In this document: piece after piece, positions 9,135-18,439 of the stretch | Layout of the letters: each line of letters begins with the position of its first letter | How positions within the stretch are numbered: position 1 is the first letter of the stretch | Origin: an uncultured Terriglobus sp. | Lineage (GTDB): Bacteria; Acidobacteriota; Terriglobia; Terriglobales; Acidobacteriaceae | Assembly: GCA_937859825.1 (NCBI GenBank) | Contig: CALMAP010000021.1 | Span: forward strand, 3,942 to 36,743 | Length of the DNA: 32,802 nt | Direction of reading: 5' to 3' | Program-made: the position numbers and the translations under genes | Notes under the pieces: model-generated | Databases searched by the model: none | What the model was told of the DNA's origin: nothing | Seen by the model: only the letters and a program-made list of their open reading frames with translations

Positions 9135-10166
9135 ATGTCCGCGACCTACTCTGAAACCGTTACTCCCGAACAACTTCCCACGCCAGATCCGGTGTACTCC
9201 TGCCCGAACTGCAGCCATTGGCTGCCTGAAGGCACGTTGGCCTGTCCGGATTGCCAGACCCTGGCTTACGGCCGGCACCTGAACCGCATCGGCTTCGCAG
9301 CAGCCGGCGCCGAACGCGAAGGCAAACTGCGCGAGGCGAGGGAGCTGTGGAACGACGCACTGGCCTGGCTGCCCGCGGACGCGACGCAGGCGGAACAGAT
9401 CCGGGCCCATATCAACGCGCTCGGTTCAAAGCAGGCGGCGAGCGACAACAAGCGTGAGCGCTGGACCAAGCGGCTTGGTCCGTTCGCGCCAATTGTCTTT
9501 GCTCTGGCCAAGTTCAAGTCGGCGCTGTTCCTGCTCTTCAAGCTGAAGTTTTTCCTCGGCTTTATCGGCTTCTTCGGCATTTACTGGGCGCTGTATGGTT
9601 GGAAGTTTGCGGCGGGATTTACGCTTTCGATTCTTGTCCATGAGATCGGCCACTATGTTGCCGTCCGTAGTCGGGGACTCAAAGCCGACCTTCCCATGTT
9701 TCTGCCGGGGCTGGGCGCGTATGTTCGCTGGTACAACCAGGGACTGCCGTTGCACGCTCTGGCACAGATCGCCCTGGCCGGTCCGCTGTTTGGACTGGCA
9801 GCGGCATTAGTGAGTCTTGGCCTGTTTGCGTGGACCCACGTTCCCGCTTTTCAAGCAATCGCTTATGCCGGTGCGTGGGTCAACCTGCTGAACCTGATCC
9901 CGGTGCTCGGGCTTGATGGCGCGCAGGCGACCTATGCCCTGGGCCGGCTGCAGCGTTCCCTGATGCTGGCGGCGTGCGTGGTGCTGTTCGCCCTGATGCA
10001 CGAGTTTGTCTTCCTGTTCATCGGCTTAGGCATGCTGTACCGCTGCTTCACCAACGACACCCCAGAGCAGGACAGTCCAGGCACGCTGGCCGGATACTTG
10101 GCACTGCTGTTCCTGCTGGGTGCGTTTTTGTACTTCATCCCGAACCCTGGCAGGATTGGGTACTGA
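9135..10166 (+). CDS. Site-2 protease (peptidase M50) with N-terminal zinc-ribbon
   Basis: HEIGH and NLLNLIPVLGLDG motifs, multiple TM helices; N-terminal CPNC...CPDC. Start taken at ATG 9135. Confidence 0.9.
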   Translation: MSATYSETVTPEQLPTPDPVYSCPNCSHWLPEGTLACPDCQTLAYGRHLNRIGFAAAGAEREGKLREARELWNDALAWLPADATQAEQIRAHINALGSKQAASDNKRERWTKRLGPFAPIVFALAKFKSALFLLFKLKFFLGFIGFFGIYWALYGWKFAAGFTLSILVHEIGHYVAVRSRGLKADLPMFLPGLGAYVRWYNQGLPLHALAQIALAGPLFGLAAALVSLGLFAWTHVPAFQAIAYAGAWVNLLNLIPVLGLDGAQATYALGRLQRSLMLAACVVLFALMHEFVFLFIGLGMLYRCFTNDTPEQDSPGTLAGYLALLFLLGAFLYFIPNPGRIGY

Positions 10167-10174
10167 CAGGCCCG

Positions 10175-10203
10175 TACCGGCTTAAGCTTGGCTTAAGCCG
10201 GTA
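10175..10203. promoter_or_regulatory. CTTAAG-N5-CTTAAG direct repeat within a perfect 13-bp inverted repeat; candidate OmpR-family (PmrA/QseB-like) operator
   Basis: TACCGGCTTAAGC-TTG-GCTTAAGCCGGTA; CTTAAG at 10181 and 10192 (11-bp period). Confidence 0.5.
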
Positions 10204-10305
10204 AACGCATCCTGATCAGGCGCGTCAGAAAACGCATCGTAGATGGAAGCGGCGCGGTCCCCGCTCCGGCATGATCACCACCAGTCCACATCAGAGGGGT
10301 TCTGC

Positions 10306-11337
10306 TTGGATCCGAATCAGCTGTCCCGCCGCCAATTTTTGCGCCAAACGTTCGCCTACTCCGCCATTGCGGCACTCGCACCCGGCGCGCTGCTCTCTGC
10401 AGGTGCGCAAAGTGCGCCGCCGCCGGACCCGAACGCCGCGCACATGTTCATGCTGGGTGACTGGGGCACGGACCGCTATGTTCCCCAGCAGTTGAATGTC
10501 TCGCAGTCCATGCAGCAATGGGCAACGAGTAATCGCATCCAGCCCGGTGCCATGTTCATGCTGGGCGACAACTGGTACGGCAAAATGCATGACCAGCATG
10601 GAGTGCAGCGCTGGAACGACCAGTTCGAGAACATGTACCCCGCGTCAAAGTTTCCCGGGCCGGCCTATGCCGTACTGGGCAACCACGATTACGAGAAAGC
10701 CAAGGTAGACAAGGTCCAGATGCAGTTGGACTACCCCAAACAGCACAAAACCCGCTGGACGATGCCCGACCGCTGGTACACCTTCAACTACCCCGAGAAA
10801 GACCCGGTCGCGAAGTTCATCTGCCTTGATTCGAACCTGCCCGGCACCAAGCCCTTCGATCCCTGGCCGTGGAGCTACCTGATGAGCCACGAGGACGCGG
10901 ATGCGCAGGACACATGGTTCAAAGCCGAACTCGCCAAGCCACGCACGCTGCCATTCCTGATCGTGATCGCGCACCATCCGCTGTATACCAATGGCGTGCA
11001 CCGCGATAACCCTGTGCTCATCCCTCGCTGGGGCCCGCTGCTCAAGCAGGCAAAGGTAGACTTCTACATCACCGGGCACGACCATGATCTGCAGCATCTG
11101 GAGTTCGAGGGCCAACCGACCTCGTTCGTCATCTCGGGTGGCGGCGGCGCGGAACTGGTGGACTGGTCCGTCGATCCAAAAAAGCGTGGACCATTCGGCG
11201 GCCGTGTGCTCGGCTTCTCGCACCTGGAGCTCACCAAAGACGCGGCCACGCTGCGGCACATCACACTCAATGCGCAGGAACTGCACGCCTTCCGTAGAAC
11301 TCCAGATGGGAAGATGACCGTTCTTAAGGCGGGCTGA
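10306..11337 (+). CDS. Tat-exported metallophosphoesterase (purple/tartrate-resistant acid phosphatase-like)
   Basis: SRRQFL twin-arginine signal; GDWG, GDNWY, GNHD, AHHP and GHDH metal ligands. Start uncertain (TTG 10306 after AGAGGGG, or ATG 10243). Confidence 0.88.
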   Translation: MDPNQLSRRQFLRQTFAYSAIAALAPGALLSAGAQSAPPPDPNAAHMFMLGDWGTDRYVPQQLNVSQSMQQWATSNRIQPGAMFMLGDNWYGKMHDQHGVQRWNDQFENMYPASKFPGPAYAVLGNHDYEKAKVDKVQMQLDYPKQHKTRWTMPDRWYTFNYPEKDPVAKFICLDSNLPGTKPFDPWPWSYLMSHEDADAQDTWFKAELAKPRTLPFLIVIAHHPLYTNGVHRDNPVLIPRWGPLLKQAKVDFYITGHDHDLQHLEFEGQPTSFVISGGGGAELVDWSVDPKKRGPFGGRVLGFSHLELTKDAATLRHITLNAQELHAFRRTPDGKMTVLKAG

Positions 11338-11515
11338 CCTTGCCCAAATAGTTCTGCCAGTAATGCCTGCACGGCGTTTCAGATGACCGGCGTACCCGTG
11401 TGTCTGCCCTCTCCCGGATGAAAACGCCTGTCTGGGCGGTACACTTTTGCTGACGGCAACAAACGATCCGTAGTCAGCAAAAGCTCCTAACCGCGCCCTT
11501 TAAGGACATGCCACA

Positions 11516-12718
11516 ATGGACCACGCTCCTGAACGGACCCCGATCCGCTTCATGGACACGCAAGCTTCTGTACTGCTCGACGTGACGCGCGGTCTCGCGG
11601 CCATCATCGTGCTGCTGGAGCATTGGCGCAATATCTTGTTCGTGAACTATGGCGACATCGCTTCGCACCGCGCACTGTGGGCACCGCTGTACCTCGTCGT
11701 TTCTGCCGGACATCAGGCGGTAATCATCTTTTTCGTGCTGAGTGGGTACCTGATCTCCGGCTCGGTCTTCCGCATGCTCGAGCGAAACCGGTGGAGTTGG
11801 GAGATGTATTCGGCACATCGATTGCTGCGGCTCTGGATCGTGCTCGTACCGGCAATCGTGCTGACCGCGATATTCGACCAGATCGGCATGCACCTGCACC
11901 GCGAACCTGCGGTGATGCTGTACGCGGGCCTCTCGGGCAACCATGTACTCCAGTCCGTGCGGGAGGTTTCAGGATTCCGCATTGCAGTTGGAAACGTTCT
12001 TTTTCTGCAGGATGTGCGGGTACCCACCTTCGGCTCGAATACTGCCTTGTGGTCGCTTGCATTTGAGTTCTGGTATTACGTGCTGTTTCCGCTGGGACTT
12101 ACCGTGCTGTGGCGCGGTATGCGGACGCGAGCCAGAGTCATCGCGGGACTCTTGTTCCTGTGCGTCATGGTGTGGCTGCCGGGCGGCATCACGCGGGCTT
12201 TCCCGATCTGGTGCATGGGTACGGTGCTGGCGCTTGTGCGTCCGCCCCGGCTTGGCAGTGCTGTGCGCTGGCTGGCCGGCGCGGCTTACGTTGCGTCGGT
12301 TCTTGCGTTCGCTCGCGTTCCGCTTCTGCAGGCCGCGCGCTGGTCCGACACTGTGCTGGGCGTTCTCACCTTTGGCTTTCTGTGGATTCTGCTTTCAGCC
12401 CAGCATGCCGCGAACGAGCAAAGCCTGACGACGCGCGGCTTCCGTACGCTGGCCCGCTTTTCGTTCACGCTGTATGCCACCCATACCCCGTTGCTGGTGT
12501 TGATTGCCGCCGTGGTGCTGCCCCTGGTTCGCTGGCAGCCAAACGCACACTCCATGCTGTTCGGCATCCCCGTGCTTGTGGGTGTGATTGGGTTCGTCTG
12601 GGCGCTCGCCGCCGTGACCGAGTTCCGCACCGATCGTGTTCGTGTGCGCATCGAGCGCTGGCTCGCCGCGAGAGAGAAGCTGCCGGCCATTCCAGCGCAG
12701 CCCGCACCCGGTCTGTAA
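11516..12718 (+). CDS. Acyltransferase-3 family membrane O-acyltransferase (OafA-like)
   Basis: LDVTRGLAA..V..EH, VIIFFVLSGYLI, RLLRLW, WSLAFEFWYY, SFTLYATH; polytopic. Confidence 0.9.
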   Translation: MDHAPERTPIRFMDTQASVLLDVTRGLAAIIVLLEHWRNILFVNYGDIASHRALWAPLYLVVSAGHQAVIIFFVLSGYLISGSVFRMLERNRWSWEMYSAHRLLRLWIVLVPAIVLTAIFDQIGMHLHREPAVMLYAGLSGNHVLQSVREVSGFRIAVGNVLFLQDVRVPTFGSNTALWSLAFEFWYYVLFPLGLTVLWRGMRTRARVIAGLLFLCVMVWLPGGITRAFPIWCMGTVLALVRPPRLGSAVRWLAGAAYVASVLAFARVPLLQAARWSDTVLGVLTFGFLWILLSAQHAANEQSLTTRGFRTLARFSFTLYATHTPLLVLIAAVVLPLVRWQPNAHSMLFGIPVLVGVIGFVWALAAVTEFRTDRVRVRIERWLAAREKLPAIPAQPAPGL

Positions 12719-12738
12719 AGCAGCGACGGTTTTCCGGG

Positions 12739-13938
12739 CTACTTTGATGCCGCGCCAGTGTAGTAGCCTTCGCGGGCCTGGAGGAACGACTTCTTGTCCT
12801 TTGGCAGGTCGACCAGCAGTTTGTGATAGCCCTCGGAGGTATCGCTTGGCGTAAATCCGAGCCGGTACTGGGAGCGCAGTTCTTCCGCGATCTGCCTGTA
12901 GATGTCCGCGAGCGGCTCTTTCTTACTCACGGTAAAGACACGTCCGCCAGTCTCGTCGGCCATGCGCTCCAGTATCTTCTTGCCGTCCACGCGCTCGTGG
13001 TCGCCGCCGCGTCCGCCACCACCGCCGGGGTAGCCACCTCCGCTGCCTCCTGGAAAGCCGCCGCCACGATGGCCCCCACCAGGGAAACCTCCGCCCGGGA
13101 AGCCACTGCGGCCTTGCTCTTCGCCTTTGAAGTAAATGGCGTAGAGAGTGGCATCGGCGCGTTGCGCCGCCTCGATGGCGCTGCTGATGGATTCCTTCGA
13201 GCCACGGTCGTCGCCATCGGTCAGCAGCACGAGTGCCTTGCGGGTCTTCTGCTTCGCGATCACCTCATCGGACGAGAGAAAGACCGCATCGTAAAGCACC
13301 GTACCCGCACCACCGGAACTACCCGGACCGCCATGCCTGCGGCCGCCTCCGGAAGAGCCACCTTGACCGCCCTGCCCCCGGCCATTCTGGCCATCCTGAG
13401 GATCGGTGGATTGAGAGCCGTTGGGATCGTTGCCGTTGTTGTTGAACTGCGGGCGGCCAGCATCCGCATCGATCTTCTTAAGCCCGGCCTGCAGTTTTGG
13501 CACGGATACGGTGATGTCCGTGAGCAGGTCGGCCTGGCGCCCGAACTGCACGATAAAGCCCTTGTCGCGCTCGGGCTTCAGCAGGTCGTCCAGAAAGGCG
13601 GCACTGGCGGATCGCTCCTCATCCAGCACGGTGCGCTGGCTGCCGCTTACGTCTACCAGCAGACCCAGGGTAAGCGGCGCGTCACTGTCCTTGTCGAAGT
13701 AGCGGATGGTTTGCGGCTTGCCGTCTTCGGAAAGGAGGAAGTCGTCCTTGCCCAGCGTCCGCACAAGAGCGCCCTTCTTGTCGCGAACTGTGACCGGAAC
13801 GACCACGAGCCGTGCCGCGACATTCAGCGTGGCTGTTGGCTGCTGGCCCGCTGAGCTGTTTGCGGCCTGCCCGCATAGCAGCGGAACTGTAGTCAGAAAG
13901 GCCAGAAAGGAAAGGGAACAGAGCTGCACGCGACGCAT
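12739..13938 (-). CDS. Secreted Acidobacteria-type VWA domain protein
   Basis: Signal peptide from ATG 13938; LVVVPVTVRDKKG, MIDAS DVSGS, GTVLYDAV, LLTDGDD, ELRSQYRLGF; two Gly-rich inserts. Confidence 0.9.
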   Translation of the reverse strand: MRRVQLCSLSFLAFLTTVPLLCGQAANSSAGQQPTATLNVAARLVVVPVTVRDKKGALVRTLGKDDFLLSEDGKPQTIRYFDKDSDAPLTLGLLVDVSGSQRTVLDEERSASAAFLDDLLKPERDKGFIVQFGRQADLLTDITVSVPKLQAGLKKIDADAGRPQFNNNGNDPNGSQSTDPQDGQNGRGQGGQGGSSGGGRRHGGPGSSGGAGTVLYDAVFLSSDEVIAKQKTRKALVLLTDGDDRGSKESISSAIEAAQRADATLYAIYFKGEEQGRSGFPGGGFPGGGHRGGGFPGGSGGGYPGGGGGRGGDHERVDGKKILERMADETGGRVFTVSKKEPLADIYRQIAEELRSQYRLGFTPSDTSEGYHKLLVDLPKDKKSFLQAREGYYTGAASK

Positions 13939-14033
13939 GGTGTGTTGGACGTACGACCCGCGCCGGAGTCCACGCGCAGATTCAGCCTGGCTGGAAACGT
14001 GGCGCTTTTTCGCCAATCGCGCATCTGATTGCT

Positions 14034-14531
14034 ATGAACTTCGCCAAGGCAGTTGTTCCCGCTTTTGCCGCCGCCCTTCTCGCATTCATTCCCGGATCAA
14101 CCGGGCTCGCCGCAGCCCAGATGACGCCTCCGCTGGTCAAGGCCCACATTTACGACGAGAGTACCGACCCACACGCGCTCATCCAGGCCGGCCTGCAGCA
14201 GGCACGCCGCGAGCACAAGCGCGTGATCGTGGACTTCGGTGGAGACTGGTGCGGTGATTGCCAGGTACTGGACGTTTACTTCAAGCAGTCGCCCAACCGC
14301 GAGCTGATGGAGAAGCATTTTGTGCTGGTGCACGTCTACATCGGACATATCGACAAGAACCTCGACATCCCGACGGGCTACGGCATCAACATTAAAAAAG
14401 GTGTACCCGCGCTGGCTGTGTTGAATGCGAATGGCAAGGTGGTCTACGCCCAGGCGACAGGCGAGTTCGAGAACATGCGCAATATGAAAGGCAGCAGTGT
14501 GACGGAGTTCCTGGAAAAGTGGAAGGGCTGA
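14034..14531 (+). CDS. Exported thioredoxin-family protein
   Basis: Signal peptide; FGGDWCGDC (CxxC) and GVP cis-Pro loop. Confidence 0.85.
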   Translation: MNFAKAVVPAFAAALLAFIPGSTGLAAAQMTPPLVKAHIYDESTDPHALIQAGLQQARREHKRVIVDFGGDWCGDCQVLDVYFKQSPNRELMEKHFVLVHVYIGHIDKNLDIPTGYGINIKKGVPALAVLNANGKVVYAQATGEFENMRNMKGSSVTEFLEKWKG

Positions 14532-14595
14532 GTTGAATAAGAGTGGGCGCCCCCACTCATCTGGTCAGTACGATCTATCCGGCTCCTAGCCTCAC

Positions 14596-14701
14596 GTTTG
14601 TCATTCCGTAACCAAGTGAAAGGGATCTGCCGTCCCCTGTAGAGTGACATGGGTGTGGAAAGAACAGCACTTTCCTACGCTCTGCTGCAGAAATGACAAA
14701 C
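14596..14701. repeat. Degenerate REP/REPIN-like inverted element (GTCATT...AATGAC family)
   Basis: 10-bp perfect inverted termini GTTTGTCATT/AATGACAAAC; the same terminal motif occurs at 17523-17668 and 15775-15816. Confidence 0.6.
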
Positions 14702-14766
14702 AATCTTGCAGCAACCCGCCAAGGATGCTGTTTGAGCTCCGGTAAACTCGCCTTAGACCCCTGCCC

Positions 14767-15759
14767 GTGAACGGTACCGACCCAACCACCGAGCGAACGA
14801 ATCCAGCGGCGGTCACTCTTTCCACGTGGATGCAGGTCTCTCCGGTAATGCGCGGCAGCATGGCGGCACACGCAAGACGGGCGCGGCTGCTCGGGAAAGA
14901 AAGCCTTGCCTTTACGGATAAGGTACGGCTTGCCTACTGGAACGCCTTCCAGCATGACTGCCTGAATACAGCCAAGGCGACCGCATATTCCGCAATTTTT
15001 GCGCTGTTTCCTGCACTGATCGTTCTGGCGGCGGCGATTACCTTCCTGCCGTACTCCGCACCACTGCGGTACCAACTGGCACTCTTCTTCAACCGGGTGC
15101 TGCCCAGTAGCGTTGCTCCCTTGCTGGAGCACTACTTCATCTCGGCCAAGAGTTCTCCGCAATCCGCCAGCGTGGTACTGGGTACGCTGATCGTGAGCGT
15201 CACCGGCGCTGCCGGTGTTCTGGGCACACTCATGGAAGGCTTTCGCCGCGCCTATGATCAGCACGATGACGCCTGGGGCGCCGGCTGGCGCGGGCAGGTG
15301 CGGCGCTATCTGTGGTCGCTGCTGCTGGTACCAATATCCTTGCTGCCGCTCGGTGCGGCCAGCGTGCTGATCGTCTTCGGTCACCTGCTTCTGCCGATCC
15401 TGCGTCACTACACGCCGGCAGGTCTGGACACAACGTTCTACATCGTCGCAGACACGGCCCGCTGGGCTGGCGCAGTGGCCGTGACCATCTGCGTGATTGC
15501 CGCCATCTTCCGGTATGGGCTGGCCGTGCGGCCCACATGGCGATGTGTTTTGCCCGGTGCCACCTTTGCCACGGCGACCTGGTTCGTGACGACGCTCGGC
15601 TTTGGCTGGTACGTGACGCACCTGGCCAACTACTCCCGTACCTATGGCTCGCTGGGTACGGGCATTGTTCTGCTGCTATGGCTGTTTCTTACGGCGCTGG
15701 TGGTGCTTTGCGGTGCGGAATTGAACGCCGAACTGGACCGCGACCGGTCGAAGACGTAG
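14767..15759 (+). CDS. YihY/virulence factor BrkB family membrane protein
   Basis: AYSAIFALFP, LPGA..AT..W, YSRTYGSLG and GAELNA motifs; start uncertain. Confidence 0.88.
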   Translation: MNGTDPTTERTNPAAVTLSTWMQVSPVMRGSMAAHARRARLLGKESLAFTDKVRLAYWNAFQHDCLNTAKATAYSAIFALFPALIVLAAAITFLPYSAPLRYQLALFFNRVLPSSVAPLLEHYFISAKSSPQSASVVLGTLIVSVTGAAGVLGTLMEGFRRAYDQHDDAWGAGWRGQVRRYLWSLLLVPISLLPLGAASVLIVFGHLLLPILRHYTPAGLDTTFYIVADTARWAGAVAVTICVIAAIFRYGLAVRPTWRCVLPGATFATATWFVTTLGFGWYVTHLANYSRTYGSLGTGIVLLLWLFLTALVVLCGAELNAELDRDRSKT

Positions 15760-15774
15760 CTGGTCGACCTGACT

Positions 15775-15816
15775 TGCAGGCTTCTCCGCTACGCTGCGCT
15801 CCGGTCGAAATGACAG
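15775..15816. repeat. Half copy of the GTCATT...AATGAC REP-like element
   Basis: TGCAGGCTTCTCCGCT...CGAAATGACAG resembles the right arm of the 17523-17668 element (TGCAGGTTTTCCGCT...CGCAATGACAG). Confidence 0.55.
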
Positions 15817-15921
15817 TTTCATGGCAGGATAAGCAAGCGGAAAGTTGCCACCCCATGGAAGCCGCATGATCGGAGGATTCCATCCTCGAGATACATCAAA
15901 AGCGAGGAGCATCCAATAGGG

Positions 15922-17055
15922 ATGGGCACTGCATGTCATCCCCTTCCAATGGAAACGGTGGAAGCTCCCTCAACGCCGGACAAGTTGCTGGCCGAGAGCA
16001 GGCTGTGGCGGCCGCGCCGCGTCTACATTACGCCTGACGCGTTTTCCATGCCGCACGGACGCCTGATGCTGGAGCGAGCCGAATCGTTCGGGGCAGAGGT
16101 GATCCGCCTGAAGAGCAATCGGCTCATGGGATTGAATGCGGAAACGGAACAGAAGACCTACGCGCTCGCGAAGACGAGTTTCGCGATCGTGATCGCACCG
16201 CCGGGGGCGCGCAAGCTGCAGCCCATTCCACCTTCCGCCGACTGGCAGTTTCATCTCGCGCAGGGCTGCCCTGCGCCCTGCCAGTACTGCTACCTCGCCG
16301 GATCGCTGAGTGGGCCACCGATCACACGCGCCTACGCCAACCTGCCGGACATCCTGAACGGATTGCGTGAGTACGAAGGAACGGGCAAGGTCACGTCCGC
16401 ATCGAGAGACCGAGCGCACGAGGGCACCACATTCGAGGCATCCTGCTACACCGACCCACTGGGCATTGAGCATCTGACCGGCGCGTTGGCGGAGTCGGTG
16501 CGCTTCTTCGGCCAGTGGGAGGCACCGGTGCAGCTTCGCTTCACCACCAAGTTCGACGCGGTGGGTCCGCTGCTCGGTGTTGATCATCAGCGGCGTACGC
16601 GCGTTCGCTTTTCCGTGAATGCCGCCGCCGTAAGCCGCGACTTTGAAGGCGGAACGGCCAATCCTGCCCAGCGCCTGCGTGCGCTGCGGCGGATGGCGCG
16701 GGCGGGTTACCCCGTGGGGCTTACGGTGGCGCCCATCATGCCGGTGCAGGGATGGCGCGAGCAGTATGGTCAGTTGTTTCATGATGTCGCGGTGGCATTG
16801 CAGGGCGTCACCGATCCGGATCTGACGGTGGAGTTGATTACGCACCGTTTTACACCCGGCTCCAAGGACGTCCTGCTGGGCTGGTATCCGAAGACGACGC
16901 TGGATCTGGAAGAGGCGAACCGCACCGAGAAGCGCAACAAGTTCGGCGGCTTCAAGTACGTGTATCCCAAGGACAGCATGGCGGAGATGCGCGCGTGGTT
17001 TCAGGACAGCATCGCCGAACACCTGCCGGGCGCGCGCATCCTGTACTGGACGTAG
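15922..17055 (+). CDS. splB: Spore photoproduct lyase family radical SAM protein
   Basis: GCPAPCQYCYL (CxxxCxxC), FEASCYTDP, LRFTTKFD, RVRFSVN, ELITHRFT, KYVYP. Alternative start ATG 15949. Confidence 0.88.
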   Translation: MGTACHPLPMETVEAPSTPDKLLAESRLWRPRRVYITPDAFSMPHGRLMLERAESFGAEVIRLKSNRLMGLNAETEQKTYALAKTSFAIVIAPPGARKLQPIPPSADWQFHLAQGCPAPCQYCYLAGSLSGPPITRAYANLPDILNGLREYEGTGKVTSASRDRAHEGTTFEASCYTDPLGIEHLTGALAESVRFFGQWEAPVQLRFTTKFDAVGPLLGVDHQRRTRVRFSVNAAAVSRDFEGGTANPAQRLRALRRMARAGYPVGLTVAPIMPVQGWREQYGQLFHDVAVALQGVTDPDLTVELITHRFTPGSKDVLLGWYPKTTLDLEEANRTEKRNKFGGFKYVYPKDSMAEMRAWFQDSIAEHLPGARILYWT

Positions 17056-17088
17056 AGTAGTCCCGCATCATGGGCTTGTCGCAATCCG

Positions 17089-17094
17089 TATACT
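17089..17094 (+). promoter_or_regulatory. -10 element of rnpB
   Basis: TATACT 6 nt upstream of the RNase P P1 helix; no clear -35. Confidence 0.55.
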
Positions 17095-17100
17095 TAAAGG

Positions 17101-17507
17101 AGCAGGCGGGCTGAACGGTCGCCGCCGTAATCCTTTACGGTTTGCGGGGGAGGAAAGTCCGGACTCCGCGGGGCAGTGTGCCGGGTAACGCCCGGGATTC
17201 GTGCGTCAAGGCACGAAGACGGCAAGTGCCACAGAGACGATACCGCCCTGGTTGCGTCGCAAGCGCAGTCGGGGTAAGGGTGAAAAGGTGCGGTAAGAGC
17301 GCACCGCGCCGGCAGCAATGCAGGCGGCATGGTAAACCCCACACGGAGCAAGACCAAATAGGCGGGAAGATTGGCGGTGCAAACCGCCATGATGCGCATC
17401 GGCCCGGTGCGCCAAACTCGCGGGTAGGGCGCTATGAGCACGTCAGCAATGCCGTGCCTAGAGGAATGATCGTTCTCGACAAAATCCGGCTTACAGGCCC
17501 GCCTGCT
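17101..17507 (+). ncRNA. rnpB: RNase P RNA, bacterial type A
   Basis: GAGGAAAGTCCGGACTC, AAGTGCCACAGA, GGTGAAAAGGTGCGGTAAGAGCGCACC, GGTAAACCCC, GAGCAAGACCAAATAGG, ACAAAATCCGGCTTA; terminal helix AGCAGGCGGGC/GCCCGCCTGCT. Confidence 0.97.
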
Positions 17508-17522
17508 AATTAGATCGCCATG

Positions 17523-17668
17523 ACTCTGTCATTACGACCGAAGCGACAGCTTCATCGTCGCATGATGGAGCAACCTGCACTTTATTTGAGCAGTCATGGC
17601 CCTCAAGGACAATGCAGGTTTTCCGCTCCAGCCGTATACGGCGCTGCTCCCTATCGCAATGACAGAGT
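17523..17668. repeat. REP/REPIN-like long imperfect inverted repeat (GTCATT...AATGAC family)
   Basis: Termini ACTCTGTCATT/AATGACAGAGT (11 bp perfect) and inner AACCTGCA/TGCAGGTT pair; lies between convergent genes. Confidence 0.7.
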
Positions 17669-17691
17669 GGCATTGGTGCTAAGCGGAGGAA

Positions 17692-18186
17692 CTATCGGAA
17701 AAAATCCGAATGAGTAATCACGTTCAGCAAGAAGATGCTGGCCGCGATGGTGAACCAGTCTTCCAGGTTGGCAATCGGCCAGTCCTTACCGATTCTTGCA
17801 GAGAGGCGGGTGCGTACCCACCATCCGCCATACGTGCCCAGAAGCGCGCCGATTCCGCCGGTCATGCCCTTGAGATAATGATGGCCGCCTACACGCGGAG
17901 CGATCAGCACGCCCACGAAGACGCCGAAGGCAATCCGGCCAAACAGGCCGATCGGCGATGTGCGTGCCGGCGTGTTCGGCAGCTTGTCTCCGATGAACTC
18001 ACCGATGGCAAACACGGTAAAGATGATCACGCTGACCAGGTATCCGGCGAAGTGCCGCCAGCCCGTCAGCATCAACACGGGCTCGAAGACGCCCTTCTCG
18101 TAAGCGAACCAGCAGATCACCGCAATCGGTGTCATGGTGCGAAGCCCCGTACACATCCCAAGCAGCAGAACCAGCAGGTATCCCAT
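17692..18186 (-). CDS. DUF4126-like membrane protein
   Basis: GMCTGLRTMTP, GEFIGDKLPNTPAR, WPIANLED motifs; start ATG 18186. Confidence 0.8.
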   Translation of the reverse strand: MGYLLVLLLGMCTGLRTMTPIAVICWFAYEKGVFEPVLMLTGWRHFAGYLVSVIIFTVFAIGEFIGDKLPNTPARTSPIGLFGRIAFGVFVGVLIAPRVGGHHYLKGMTGGIGALLGTYGGWWVRTRLSARIGKDWPIANLEDWFTIAASIFLLNVITHSDFFR

Positions 18187-18317
18187 GCTGACTAGGATGG
18201 CACGAAACGCGGCTGCGTCCACGAGAACCGGTGTACGCATTTACGCCTGCCGGCCTTCGTTGAGCGTTTGGGTGTGCAGATGTCACTCATCGCCATGGAG
18301 ATAGGCAGGCAATGGGC

Positions 18318-18352
18318 TGTTCGCTTGCGAACAGGGAGTCCGCAAATGGACA
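18318..18352. promoter_or_regulatory. Tandem palindromes, candidate enhancer (bEBP binding) sites
   Basis: TGTTCG-N4-CGAACA (18318-18333) and AGTCCG-N4-TGGACA (18337-18352), roughly 70-105 bp upstream of a sigma54 -24 box. Confidence 0.6.
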
Positions 18353-18423
18353 CTGTGCTTCTGTCGCTCCGCGCCTAAGTTTCGCGAATGCTCAGGTTGC
18401 GCGCGTTTACGCTGCCTGCAAAA

Positions 18424-18439
18424 TGGCCGCCGCATTGCA
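18424..18439 (+). promoter_or_regulatory. Sigma54 (-24/-12) promoter
   Basis: TGGCCGCCGCATTGCA: GG-N10-GC with TTGCA, 47 nt before the ATG; GAGGAGG SD follows. Confidence 0.7.

Noticed and set aside
17094-17717. ORFs overlapping 17.1-17.7 kb
   Set aside because: The region is occupied by RNase P RNA and a REP-like inverted repeat.
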